From contig CM102288.1 of assembly GCA_046563655.1 (NCBI GenBank), positions 496,001 to 560,000 on the forward strand: a stretch of DNA of 64,000 bases, given 5' to 3'. Of the stretch, positions 36,888 through 48,869 are shown piece by piece. Numbering within the stretch: position 1 is the first letter of the stretch; each line of letters starts with the position of its first letter. The notes below the pieces were generated by a model. It worked only from the letters and a program-made list of their open reading frames with translations. It was not told where the DNA came from and made no database searches. The translations under genes and the position numbers were made by a program. Origin of the DNA: Yuukianura sp. NJ FZ-2021. Lineage: Eukaryota.

Positions 36888-39371
36888 ATGTCCGTGATTT
36901 GCCCAGTTGAAAAAAGTGAGTCCCACTCATCACTGAAAGAAGATCCGGACAACATAATTATCCAAGATCACATGAGTTCATGGCGGTTCCAAATGAACAT
37001 GACGATCTTCCTCCTCTTCTACACCTTCGGCGGAGCATGGGTTAGCTTTTTTAAAAAATTTTAGCATAACTTAAGCTAACTTTTACATTAACCACAACTT
37101 TTTAAATCCATTTTAGACAATATGTTTTTTTCAAAAAGAATTCATGAAAGACGAAAGGAATAACAAAAGTACAGGAAATAAGAGCGGAAATGAAAGTAGA
37201 AAGAAGAGAAAGTAGTAATCACATTTTGAAATTTCGAAGTTTTTTGTTCATTAGAAACACTTTCTTTATTACTACTACATAATCAATTCCTGACTTCGAT
37301 TACTAATTACTTAATGCCAGAGTAAATCCCTCAGGAATTAGAATAAATTAAACTTCTTTTCTGTAACTTCCCTCATCATTCTTCTCCCGCCCCTGGAAAG
37401 TTATGAATTTTTTAAACTGCCACGCAAAAGAGGAAAGGAAGTATGTTCCGGGATTAGCATAGGGAAACTAATTTTTTAAATAAACAAAACTTTTGGGTTA
37501 AAAAGTTATGTTTTTGTATTTGGACACTGGAGGAGGCGGAACTTGTTAAACTCTCTATGAAATATGAACTTTTAAATTCAAAAGCGAGTACAAACCAACA
37601 GCATTTTGACTTTCTTTAAAAAAAGCTGAAGTACTCTAGAATTTTTTTTCTGTTTTTTGTTTCAACGAAGAGACTACCGCAAGCACTCAACAGGTTTTGT
37701 TCGTTTGTTTTGAAATTTTAATGACTTTGTTGAAAAATATACCCAATTTCCGAAATTTAATGATGGGTTTGCATTACGATCAATACCAAAATCAATACAA
37801 AAAATTTGAAGTCAGCATTTTTTTTTTCAAACTCATGTGGTCATAATTACACTAGCCTTGTCATATGCTATAATTTGACCAACAAAAATTCGAACGCTGA
37901 AACTTGAACAACTGAAATGCAACATTCTGATTTTAAACTTTTTTTTTTAGATTTTTCAGGTACTGGAGAGTCGTGCAGAAATACAAAGAGTAGAATACGA
38001 TCAGTCCATTCTGGTTTCAGGGAGATCCAAACTGTTAGACACAATTGCCAAATTGGACCAGCTCTCAACCAATGTAAGCAGCACGACATTGGGTCAAATT
38101 CTAATTTGACCTTTGACCTTTGACCTCTGGCGTTGTAAATTGCAGGACTCCAAGAGTGCCAAGTACAACGAAACACTTCGAGCCCTCCAAGAGTACGAGG
38201 CAGCCATTGACTTTGTTCTGGACAGTCGGCCTACGCTCAACCAATTCCTAAATGAAACGAAAGGACCGACGTAAGTCACTCAGCCATAGAAGTTAAGGTC
38301 ATTGACCTTTGACCTTTGACCTTTGACCTTGTAGCCTGGAGTGGAGCAACTACCTCCATGTGTACTACTTCGTTCTGACTCTAATTTCAACCATTGGCTA
38401 CGGAAACCTTGCTCCCCGGACAACTTGGGGTAGAATTTTCTGCGTCGTGTATGGAATGATCGGCATTCCAGTTCTGCTCATCTTCATTGCCCAAGCAGGC
38501 AAAATTTTAGCCAAATTCTCAATTTCAATTCTCACCAAAATCTTCGGACGACACATCGGAAGCGCCTACTTTGCATCCGGAAATACTCGGAGCAGAAAGA
38601 TGCTTGGTACGTTTAAAACCTGAATGATGCTGAATGAACTTAATTTCAATTAATTCATAATTAGTTTAATTTAATTAATTTTGATCCTAGGAACTTCAAT
38701 TTCTCTGTCTGGCGTGATCTTTTTAGTTTTCATTTACATGGCCTTCGGTGCTTTGATCATCAACTCAAATGAATCGTGGGGATTCATTAACTCTTTTTAC
38801 TTTTGTTTCGTCACACTAACTACAGTAGGGTTCGGGGACTTGATTCCGCTAGGAGGTAACATTTTGAAACTTTTTGAAAATTTTGAAACTCAAAATATTT
38901 TTTCGAAATTTTGAAAGGTCAAGTGAGCCAAGCTCCGTACTTGCTGCTGTTCGTAAGGTCCATCTACACTCTGTTTGGACTTGCCATAACATCCACAGCA
39001 ATTGCACTTCTGCAGAAGCAGTATGCAGAAACATGGGCTAAAAAGGCCGCTAGAAGAAGCGACGCAAAAGAAGCAACTACGACAATTCAGCAAGTGGAGA
39101 ACTTGATCATCCATGCTGCTGGACAGTCATGCAAACAAGTACGTGGAACTCTCTTTTCACAAAAAAAGTAAAAAAAAACTTTTAAAAAAATCAATTTCCG
39201 AGAATTTCAATTTCAAATTTGCCAAAAAGTTGAAATACTCCTATTTCTTTGTAGTACTACGACTATAAACGAGAAGATAACCTAAAAACTAATGAGGTAT
39301 TGCTTAAAAAACGAAATGCATAATTTAAAACTGAAATAGAATTTGGACATTTTTAGAAACGAAATCAATAA
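36888..39371 (+). CDS. Two-pore-domain (K2P/TWIK-family) potassium channel, spliced
   Basis: TM1 FLLFYTFGGAW-IFQVLE; P1 LISTIGYGNLAPRT; P2 FYFCFVTLTTVGFGDLIP; TM4 IYTLFGLA. Start and final exon approximate. Confidence 0.88.
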
Positions 39372-40171
39372 TGCTTAAACTTTTCATGATTTTAAGGTCT
39401 AATTTCCAATTATGAGTATTCGTTGCTAAATTATTTAAATACTGATTGTATTTTAAAAAGTTCTCTTGAAATTCTGTTGAAAAACCTCACATGACCTTTG
39501 AATGACCCCGTGATGTTCCTTATGTGTTTTAGAATAGAGCAATTTAAGTGTGAGTAAACGTCTCGTGTAATGTCATGATTGCAATTCAAAGAAGTGGAGT
39601 AGTGTTGTGGTGAAAGTCAGAATAAAGCACATAACGGAGAATGGCCTCTTCAAAAAAGCGGGAATTTTTAAAATTCCCGGGAATTTTAGCTCTAAGCTGG
39701 AGAAGATTAGTTTCCTATGGAAATTGGAGCTCGTGCAAGAGAGAATGAATCGCGAGGCAGTTTTGGTTGGAAGACTAATTTTTTAGAAAATTGGATTTTT
39801 GGAAACAAAAGAGAAAATTTGATCACACAAGATCAGATTACATGCACTTGTTCCTGTTATCGTTTCAGTCTACGACACTTTTCAAACCGAAAAATTTCAG
39901 CGAAAATTGGAATATGGCGTGATTCACAGCAATTTCCACAAAACTCATTTTTGGAATTTTCAAGATGAAAAGTCTGATTTTCACATTTTCTGAAAATGAT
40001 TTACGGTATTTGATAAATATTTTTTTTAAAGATTTTAGAGTAAAACAATCTCAGAAGAAATCTCCGCCACCAAACCCACCGTTTTTAATTTAATAGCCAC
40101 ATTAAATGTAATTTTTAACACACTAATTTCTAAAATTTAGAAGAAACTGAACTTTTTTTTTTGAAATTGTG

Positions 40172-40798
40172 TTAAGTTATATTTTGTACAGCAGTAGAAG
40201 GTGGGACATACAATTCCCCAGAATCTGATGGTCGTTTTTCATAGTACTTGGCACAGTCCTCTTTCTTCTTATTGGACTTACAGCAGTAGCACCATGGCAA
40301 AACATCAGCCAGAAGATGATTCAGTTGCATCGTCAGATTACCGCCGGACCCACCCGGAGAGTATCGGTCAGCCGTACTGCCATTCGGTGGGCCCACGATC
40401 AAGGTCCCACTAGCATCATACACACACTGCTGCCCAGCTCCATTGGCAATCGGCACTTTCTGTCTGTAGTCAGCCACTGCTCCAGCATGGAAGTAACTGA
40501 GCCCTTGAAGGGTCCCCTTGACAAAGCGAGGGTCCTTGGCCGCCAGGGCTTCCATTGGTGGACAATGTTCCAGGGTTCCACCAATCCCCGTGTCCGATTT
40601 GTACCAACTGGAGCACCACTGACCCGCCAAAACCTGCGGTATGTTGGAACACCCACCCTGAAGTACCAAGGACAGTATGCCCATTAGGTCCAGTGGATTA
40701 GATGTCGCCTGCTTATTAGCAGTACTTTTGCTCCATCCCAAGTCACTCTGCAAAAACAATACAAAAATGAAAAATATTAACGCTGATTTTGAAACCAT
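40172..40798 (-). CDS. Secreted stand-alone AMOP-domain protein, intronless
   Basis: Signal peptide; HCPP...DPRF...FHAGA...GAGQQCVYDASGTLI...GSTAD...HLLADVLPWCYCC...CAKYYEKRPSD..YVPP matches the AMOP (isthmin/SUSD2/mesh) pattern. Confidence 0.85.
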   Translation of the reverse strand: MVSKSALIFFIFVLFLQSDLGWSKSTANKQATSNPLDLMGILSLVLQGGCSNIPQVLAGQWCSSWYKSDTGIGGTLEHCPPMEALAAKDPRFVKGTLQGLSYFHAGAVADYRQKVPIANGAGQQCVYDASGTLIVGPPNGSTADRYSPGGSGGNLTMQLNHLLADVLPWCYCCKSNKKKEDCAKYYEKRPSDSGELYVPPSTAVQNIT

Positions 40799-41345
40799 TT
40801 TGAAAAGTTTGGACTTTCAACAACTTTGTTCTCTTTTGATAAGAACTACAGTGTATATATAACGTAAATGCGAGGCTAACTTTGAAAAATACGAGGCCAA
40901 TTTTGTAAAATTGGAGAATTTTAAGTAGATCCTTGTAGTAAAAGTCACTCATGACCTGGAACAACTGGAACACGAAAACCTTTCTCATTATGATTAAGTT
41001 CTAGTTGAACATTGAACAATTTGACACTTTGACAGAGGCGTGATAATGAATTAATGCTTTTCCAAAAAAAATTCACTTCCAAAAAACTTTATGTTTTTGC
41101 AAAATTTGGATTCCTGAAACTCTCCTTCAACTCTCTATTGTTCTCAGTCCACTGATCTGGAACAACTAACTACAATACTACAATAATACTTGCAAGTAGC
41201 AATCGATTATCAATGTGATAAATCAAAAAGTTTCACTTTCGGACATTTATGTAACAATTTTATAGAAATAAAAGTTATTATAACAATAATAAAAAATTAT
41301 TATAATGATTATAATATTCTAACATAAAGGTAACAAAGCTAATGT

Positions 41346-44300
41346 TCAGGGTGAATCCCAAGCGTAATCGTTGTGTTTCGACTTGGGGCTGGAGATTATC
41401 CAAGGTTTTTTGGCGGGAGATTTGCTTTTGCTCACGGCTAAATCCGTTTTAGATTCTGACAGTTTTGCTAAAGATTTGCCAGATTTGTTAATCTCAGATT
41501 TGTTGTTCTCAAATTTATTGACCTCAGATTTGTTAGAGGTCACTTCGTCGTGTGCAGAAGTTTCCCAGTCACTTGATTTGTTCAAAGCGTCTCCATGTTT
41601 TTTCGGACTGACAAGTTTAGATTTTTGTTTTTCGGTAAGTGGACTGCGGCGCTGTTTGAAATCTGGCGGAGAAAATTTTGAATCTTCCCGCTGCAAGCGC
41701 TTTAACTTTTTCGTACCGCCGGAAACCGAAGTTCCGGACGAACTTTGCGATTCGGTACGCTTGATCGCTTGACCTGATTTGACTCTTAGACCAAATTCAT
41801 TCAGTCCTGCCATTGGATTGTGGTAGATCACTGCCCGAACGGTATTCGGTTTTGTCGGCGTTCGTTTCGGAGATGCTGCGAGATTTTCTTTGTTCCAATC
41901 CTTATTGTCATCTTCGGGCACTTTCGGCTTTGGTCGGGGCCTAAAAACCAAAATTAGTTCAAAGATTTATGAAATTTTGAAGTTAGACACCAAAATTTTG
42001 AAATTTTACATACGGTTCAGATTCAATATCTGAAATGTCGTCGAAACTTCCGTTGCTGCTTTCGTCATCGTGGAGGGAAGACAGAGATTGCTCGAAATTC
42101 AAATTTTGGTCTTCATCTTTTGGTGTACTTGAGTAAACTTTATTTTGAAACGGTTCAAAATTTTCATCGGAATCGCTTGACCCATTTCGCTTCTTCTGCG
42201 CTTGCGTTCGAGTCGAAGGGCCTGGAAGCGGCGATTCTTTACTTCTAGACAGCACACTATGCTTCCCCTTCTCTATTTCCTTGGCCGCTTTTCTCTGAAT
42301 TTCAGTCAATCTCACTTCGACATGTGATTCATCCGGGGTCATGACCTTGACCTTTGGTTGACCTTTGTCAATTGACAATCTCTTGGCAGAAGTAGGCTTT
42401 CCAGGAGAACTTTTATGTGTTGGAGTTGGCGTGTTGTTGTTAAAGTTGATTGGTCTCGTTCGTTTTAGCCCTTTTTGTGCACCTCCCGACTCTTCCAGTT
42501 CATCATCCGAATCGGATTCGGAATTTTCCGACTTTTTCCGTAAAATGCTTCTCCGAAAAAAGGTTTGTATCGCCGGTTTTTTCTTTTTGGATGCTTTAGT
42601 TGCAGAAGTTTGTGACTTTGCTGGAGGAATTGGAGGTGGAGGGGCAGATTTACGGCTTGGCGGTTTCGGTTTGGCGAATGGAGGAGTCGAACCGGCTCCA
42701 ACTCTGGGAGTCGAACCGGTACCCACTCTTGGAGTCGAACCGGTACCGACGCTTGGAGTGGAACCAGCACCGGCATTAAACTTCGGTCGGATTCGGGGAG
42801 ACTGAACTTTGACCTTGGGTTTCCGTGAAGCAGTGCTGCCCATGAGAGACATTTTGCGCTTCAATGTACTTCCACCGCTTTTGACCGCTCGAAGCATTTT
42901 GGAAAGCGGTGAGGCTCCAGGCGCCTGCAGCGGTTTTGAACTTAGCCGCCGCGAATGCTGCATTTCGTTCAGTCGGGATTCAAGCACTGCTGCATTGACT
43001 GCGACGTTTGTCTCGTTTTTCTTCAGTTCCCGCTCGGCAGCAAATCCCTCCACTTCCTGTTTTAAAAAATTCAAAATTTTAAAAAAGTTGAGAAAATTGA
43101 AAAATTTGGTAAAAAAGGAGATTGACCTCTGACCTCATTTAGACTTTCCCGCCGTTTTTTCATGGCGGTAATACTTTTCTTCAGAACATTTCTCGGCACT
43201 TGCGTAGTGTCTGGTCGAATTCCAAGTTGCTCAAGCTGACGACTCAGAACTTCCAAACCCTGCGCCTGCGCATCCGGTTTTGCCGGAGTCGGACGAATCT
43301 CGAAGTCGTCTGTTTCGGTATGGGCATCCGTGGAGGTCACCAGGAAGGGGTCATTGACCTTTGGTTTTGACCTGACCGGAGATTTTGGTTGACCTTGGAC
43401 AATTTGCTCCACTGGAGCGTAACTCCCGATTGACGAAGTATCGTCACCACTTCCGGAATCGTTCGACAAATTATCCTGTTCCGGATCCGGTCGAATCGAC
43501 ACTTCAAAACCACGAGACACTACTGGCAAGGTCATTGACTTTGCCCTTGGTTGTAAACGATATTGGTCAGGCACTTTCGGGGGAAGTCCGGTAACAAGTT
43601 TCGGTGATTCGGCTCTTCGGGATTCTTCGGGTGTTTTCGGTTTCGTTTCGGCCGGTCTCGGCAAAGTTTGGATTTGTAAAGATCTTGGTCGTGGTTTCGG
43701 AATTGGCCGAAACGGTTCGGCTTCTTCAACAGATAGATTGTCGCTGTCTACAGTTGTGACTGTGGTGGCAGAGGTAATAGGTGTGGGAGGTTTGACCTTG
43801 ACCAAAATAGACTCATCCGAAGGCCAGTTGACCTTGACCTTTGGCTGAGGAGAGGATTTGACCTGATCTGTGACCTGGTGCTGGTCAACATTCTGTTGGT
43901 GCAGAGACGCTTGAAATTCTTGGCGCAGGCGTGTAATGTGTTCCTGGTACTCGTTTTCGACAGTGCGCAGCTTGGCTCTCCAAAATCGTTCTTGCGATTC
44001 CATTCGACTTTCTATCAAGCCAATATCAGCTCGAATCTAGAAGAAATAACTTAAAGTAATTAAAAAATCATTATTTTTCTAAATTTTAATTAATTACTCT
44101 AAAATTTCACCCTAGTTTGTAAATTTAGCTTCAAATGTTCAAATTCATCTTCTTGTTTTTGAATCCTCTCTTCGACACGTCCTACTAGTGCTACCGAGGG
44201 AGAAGTTAATGTCGCTGCGGCGACAACTGGAGACGACGCATGCGCTGGTTTTTGTTCTGATAGTCCTGTGGCTGATTTCGTAATAATCTCTTGCATCTTC

Positions 44301-45560
44301 TACAAAAAGAAAAAAAGTTCAAAATTTAAAAAGGTTTAGCAAGTTTATGATTGTTTTTAAAGTTTTTGAAAATTGCTGCTTTCTGACATGCATTTCTTCT
44401 AGTAAAGTTGTTTTGAGTTCCTCCAGTTCCGTTTTGTGCATTTTTTCAATGAGACTCCTCCATTGACCTTCCAGTGCCTCCTTCATGTCTCCAATTGTAC
44501 CTTGACTGGTGACCTCTGCGGTAGGCCATTGACCTTCCGATTTGGTTCCGACTGTTTCCGAACTGTGCCGAATGCCGCCCGAACTCGAACTGACTCTTTC
44601 CTTCAAGTATTCTTCCACTAGATCGTTCACTATCTGGCGGTCTATCAATGTCGCCGTAGACTTGCCTATTTGTGGCGACACTTCAGCATCGTCAGTCTGT
44701 GTCGACGCAGAAGCAACGGCGACATTTTTTTGCACAGCGTCTTGATCACTTCCTGCCTGATCTGCGGAATTTGCATTTCCGCTTTGTCGCTGAGTCGGAA
44801 GACGAATTGCTGGAAGCCCTTGATGTCGCCGTTGAAGATGTGAGTACAAGTAGACAGTGTTGATGAACTTCTTGTCGCAGTAGGGACACTGAAAATTCAG
44901 TAATTACTTAATTACAGGTGTAATTACGAATTACTGGAGTAATTACTTAACTATTTCGTTTGTATTTCGATCTCACCTGATCAACTTCTTCTCTACTTCC
45001 ACCGTAGTTTTCAAATTGGCTGGACTGAATTAAATCTTTGCGTCGTTTGAGCTCTTTTTTGGCCTCGACCAATCGGTTTCTGAGGCGTTTAATTTCTTCT
45101 TCCTGTGCTCTGCTCCTGTGCAACACTTGAGTGTACTTGGAGTCAAGGTCATTGACCTTCCCCAGCGACACTTCCTGAGAAAGTATTAAATGCTCAATTA
45201 TCAATTGACCCAGACGAAACACTTTCCGAAATCCAGGATCTGTTCGGTTGTGGTCAAATTCAACATCAGGTTGGCAGAAAACGATTTGAGGCAGGATTTC
45301 CCGCAAAGTCTCTTCATCCGTTTCTTCAATTATTTTCTCAATGTCCAACGAAGCTATAACATTCACAAAAATTAACTTTCAAAAAAATTTAATTTTTCAA
45401 AAAAATCCGAAAGTTTCAAAATTTGAAATTCCGGAGTTACTAGTAGTAGGTAGTAGACTTTGACTTTACCAATTCTTTTCCAATCCAGACTTTCTACTTT
45501 TCGCAACTGAATTGATTTGGTTAGTGATGGGGATGGATTTGGAAACAGGATTCTGGACAT
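41346..45560 (-). CDS. DZIP1: DZIP1/DZIP1L (iguana) ciliary basal-body C2H2 protein
   Basis: ESLDWKRI-ASLDIEKII...DPGFRKVFRLGQLIIEHLILSQ (Dzip-like N domain), CPYCDKKFINTVYLYSHLQRRH zinc finger, coiled coils, long low-complexity tail. Confidence 0.88.
42683..42775 (-). repeat. Coding 24-bp tandem repeat x4 (G[AT]GSTPxV)
   Basis: GAGSTPSV GTGSTPRV GTGSTPRV GAGSTPP; DNA core ggagtcgaaccgg. Confidence 0.85.
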
Positions 45561-45731
45561 TTTAATTTTTCGGAAAATTTTTCAAAATTCTGTTCAAACA
45601 CGTCCAAATACCAAGTTTAGAACACAGATGAACTTTGAAACTTGTATTACTGTGAGTGATTGTATATTTTTCTATCAAGTTGTTTTAAACAAAATCAGAC
45701 CCTCGTGTTTCATGTCCCTGTCTACGTATCG

Positions 45732-45745
45732 GTTGCCATGGCAAC
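45732..45745. promoter_or_regulatory. Perfect palindromic RFX X-box upstream of DZIP1
   Basis: GTTGCCATGGCAAC, about 170 bp upstream of the ATG at 45560, followed by a further GTTGCC half-site. Confidence 0.88.
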
Positions 45746-47157
45746 CGTTGCCAACAACATTCGCATGGTACAGTACAAAGCGTAGAGCAGATTTTTTTTT
45801 GAATTCGTAACTTGTTTTCAACTGTGTTTGAAAAATAAAGTGATCCTGTTAAAAATTAATGGTTTTATTTAATTCTTTCAGATTTGTAAAACATTTAAAT
45901 TTTGAATTGTTAAAACATAAACACTTATGGTCAATATTATATTGGTAAAGTTAAATTTTAACAGCTTATCTACTAATAAGCCTAACTTTGAAGTAATTGC
46001 AAGAAAATTTGAAAATTGGCAGTATTTGATAATTTGATATTACGCAACCTTGTCAAAAAAAAATTTTTTTAAAAGCACTTCCTGTACATTTTTAGGAGAT
46101 AACTTTAAATGACGTCTGGACTTTTCTTGATTTCGGTAGAAAAATTGTGAATCATTTTTCGAAGATAAGATTGTGCAAATTCTGTAGTTTTTTGCCATTG
46201 TACAAGGTTACATCATCCCCTCCCGTCTTTAGCAAAGAGTCAAGGAAATCTGGCAAAACAAAAGATGAGTCAAAAGTTAAAATTAAACTTAAACTTTAAT
46301 GGTCGTGCAATTGCAAAGAATTGCAAATTAGCTAACTTGTGGTGTCAAGTTCTTGTGAATTGTGATTTTGACTATATGCTTAAGCTGAAGTTTCTGATTC
46401 ATCCCTAAGCCCCTCCCACTTCCTTCCAAAAACGTAGAAATGTGAAAACCAAATTCAAAATTTTGACGAATACTTCGTTTTTTAATATAAAACTCTCACG
46501 CGGGATAATAATTAAAATGTTGCTTCCGCGATCTTTACCGTGACCTAAATTTACACTTTTCCTCACTTGTCTAAAAAAAAAACTACCAAAAAGAGATGAC
46601 AAGGTGTTGGCCTTGCTTGAGTGACTCTCGTCTCAAGGCCAAAACTTCCCTGTTTCTACCATAATTACACAGTTTTGTTGTTTTGTTTATAAAGATGAGC
46701 TCATCTGCTGCATGTTGACGAAAAACTTGTTTTATAATGGGCAAAATTTCTAATTTATAGTTTTAAACTTCCAAAACAAATTGACTTGAAGACAAGTTTC
46801 AAATTGATGATCAACTAAAAGCTTGATGAACAACTAAATTATTCACGAATTCAAGAAATTAACGAATTCTAAAATCAAAAAGAAATTGAAATTGTACAAC
46901 TCTGTACAAACTGCAAGAAATGCTAAACTTCAAAAGATTCTTTCCAAATTTGATTCTTTGGCACAAACTCTTAGCCCCATTTTTGAATCGTTTCCAAATT
47001 GAAGCAAAATTCTTGCTGAATCTTGATCATTGAACTCAAAAAGACAAATACTTTGAAGTTTCAAAATTTAAGATCTTCTAACAATTGAAACTGAACTTAA
47101 CTTATAACTAGGAGTTAAATTGTTAATTAAGTTAGGAATTACTTGATTGTTGTGACT

Positions 47158-47331
47158 CTAAGAAGATCCTTGGAGTACGACCCACAAAGCATGGATGATC
47201 CCGGGAATCCAGAAGAAGAAGCAGAGACAAATGTTGATGGCAATGTCTTGACCACACCCTTTGACCAAGAAAACAGCCAAAGGTGGAAGCAGAATGGCCA
47301 AAATGATGATCAAAATATCCTTGGGTTCCAT
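47158..47331 (-). CDS. PMP3/UPF0057 (RCI2/YqaE-type) small plasma-membrane proteolipid, 57 aa, intronless
   Basis: MEPKDILIIILAILLPPLAVFLVKGCGQDIAINICLCFFFWIPGIIHALWVVLQGSS* has the family signatures ILLPPLAV and IPGIIHAL; below the ORF-track length cutoff. Confidence 0.92.
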   Translation of the reverse strand: MEPKDILIIILAILLPPLAVFLVKGCGQDIAINICLCFFFWIPGIIHALWVVLQGSS

Positions 47332-48869
47332 TTTCCAAAATTCAACACTCCTCCAAACTTCAAAATTTCAAAATTCTACCAACTCCCAACTTTCCAAGTT
47401 TAATTTTTAATCTGTGTGTGCTGACTGCTGCCAAGCGTCTGGCTAAAAACAAAAGTTGAAAGCATCATCATCATCCACTGCCAACACCCACCACCTCCCT
47501 TGCAAATCCTATCTTACAGATAAATGCTAAATCCAATGTTTGTTACATCTCCCCAACCTAAACAAAATGCTTGGCTTCTGTATATGTTCCTGATGGTAGT
47601 TTCAAATTTTTTGAAGATTCTACACTCAAGTGAAGCCTAAAAGCACTTTTTCCTATGCTAGCAAAACTATTTTGGGTGGAGCTGGAACATCAGCAGATCT
47701 TCAAAACCATTTTTTCTTCCAACTCCTTCAACCATTTTTTGTTTATTTCCTTTTTCATTGCTAAAAAGTACAACAAAAGTAGCATATTTTGGACTCTTTC
47801 ACTTTCACTTTTCATTCTAACTCGCTTATTCTGTTGGCTTTGAAACCAAAATTTGTTGGCTCGAGTGGTCACGCATAAATACTTAGCGAGCAAAAAAAAT
47901 TTCCGTTTTTGTCACTCCCATAAAACTGCGGTTGTGCTGCGTTGAAGTGAATGAAAATAGGCAAATTACAAAAAAAAAATGCTGGAGGCAGTTTTTTTGG
48001 GAAAGAATGAACGTGTTTTGAAGGCTAAATACTTCCTCTTACTGTGAAAACTTCAACAAAAGTTGTGGTTACCCAAAGATGGCTGGTGGTTACAGTGGTT
48101 ACCTTGTTACGGTTATGGTTAGGAGTTTAATGCAGTTAAACTAAATTAGCATAGTCTCTGGAAGTAGGAGCAAAACATGAAGTTAAAATGTAACTTTTTG
48201 GAACTGTTTCAATTTTAAATTGAAAAATTGGAACCACTTAAACTCAATCAGAAAAAAACTTATGCCAGCTTTAAAACATAAAAAGTGATTGTGAGTGAAC
48301 CATAATCTGACTTTCTCGAGCCAATCCAATTTCGTTATAATTATCCACTTAAGCCGAGTTGGGGTCAAGGTCAAAAGGTCATGCGACAACTTTTGACCTT
48401 GCTTTAACTTCGTTTTCAGGATAAACTTCGAAAGAAAAGTCTTACTTCAACTGAAATAAATTAACCAATGTCCTCCGCGGTTCTTCGACCTTTACTTTTT
48501 AAAGCGGTTTTTAAACTTGACAAAATGAGCGTAGGAAAACGAAGCGGTGACATAACAAAAACAAACTAAAAGTTTACACTTGAAAGGTTCCGCTACTCAA
48601 ACAGAGGCCAAAGGTGACTGAATATGGAGCTAAAGCGACAATCTTAAGTATAAACTTCAAGTTAAGTGCGTGTGATAAGTAAATTTTTAAACAAACTTAA
48701 ATTAACAGTTAAACAAAGTACGCTGACTCCAGAGATTCTTAGAATTTGACTCGAATTTGTGTAAATGTTGCAATTTCATCTGAATTTCAAAAGTCAAAAA
48801 TGTTAAGTTAATCAGAAACTTCAGAAATTGCCAGACTTAAGCATAAATTAAACTTTGTGAATCAAGAAC

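Noticed and set aside
39660..39690. GGGAATTTTTAAAATTCCC near-palindrome as an NF-kB enhancer
   Set aside because: kB-like, but it lies 3' of both flanking genes and such A/T-run palindromes are common here; insufficient support.
42365..43594. Long plus-strand ORFs overlapping DZIP1
   Set aside because: Antisense shadows of GC-rich low-complexity exons.
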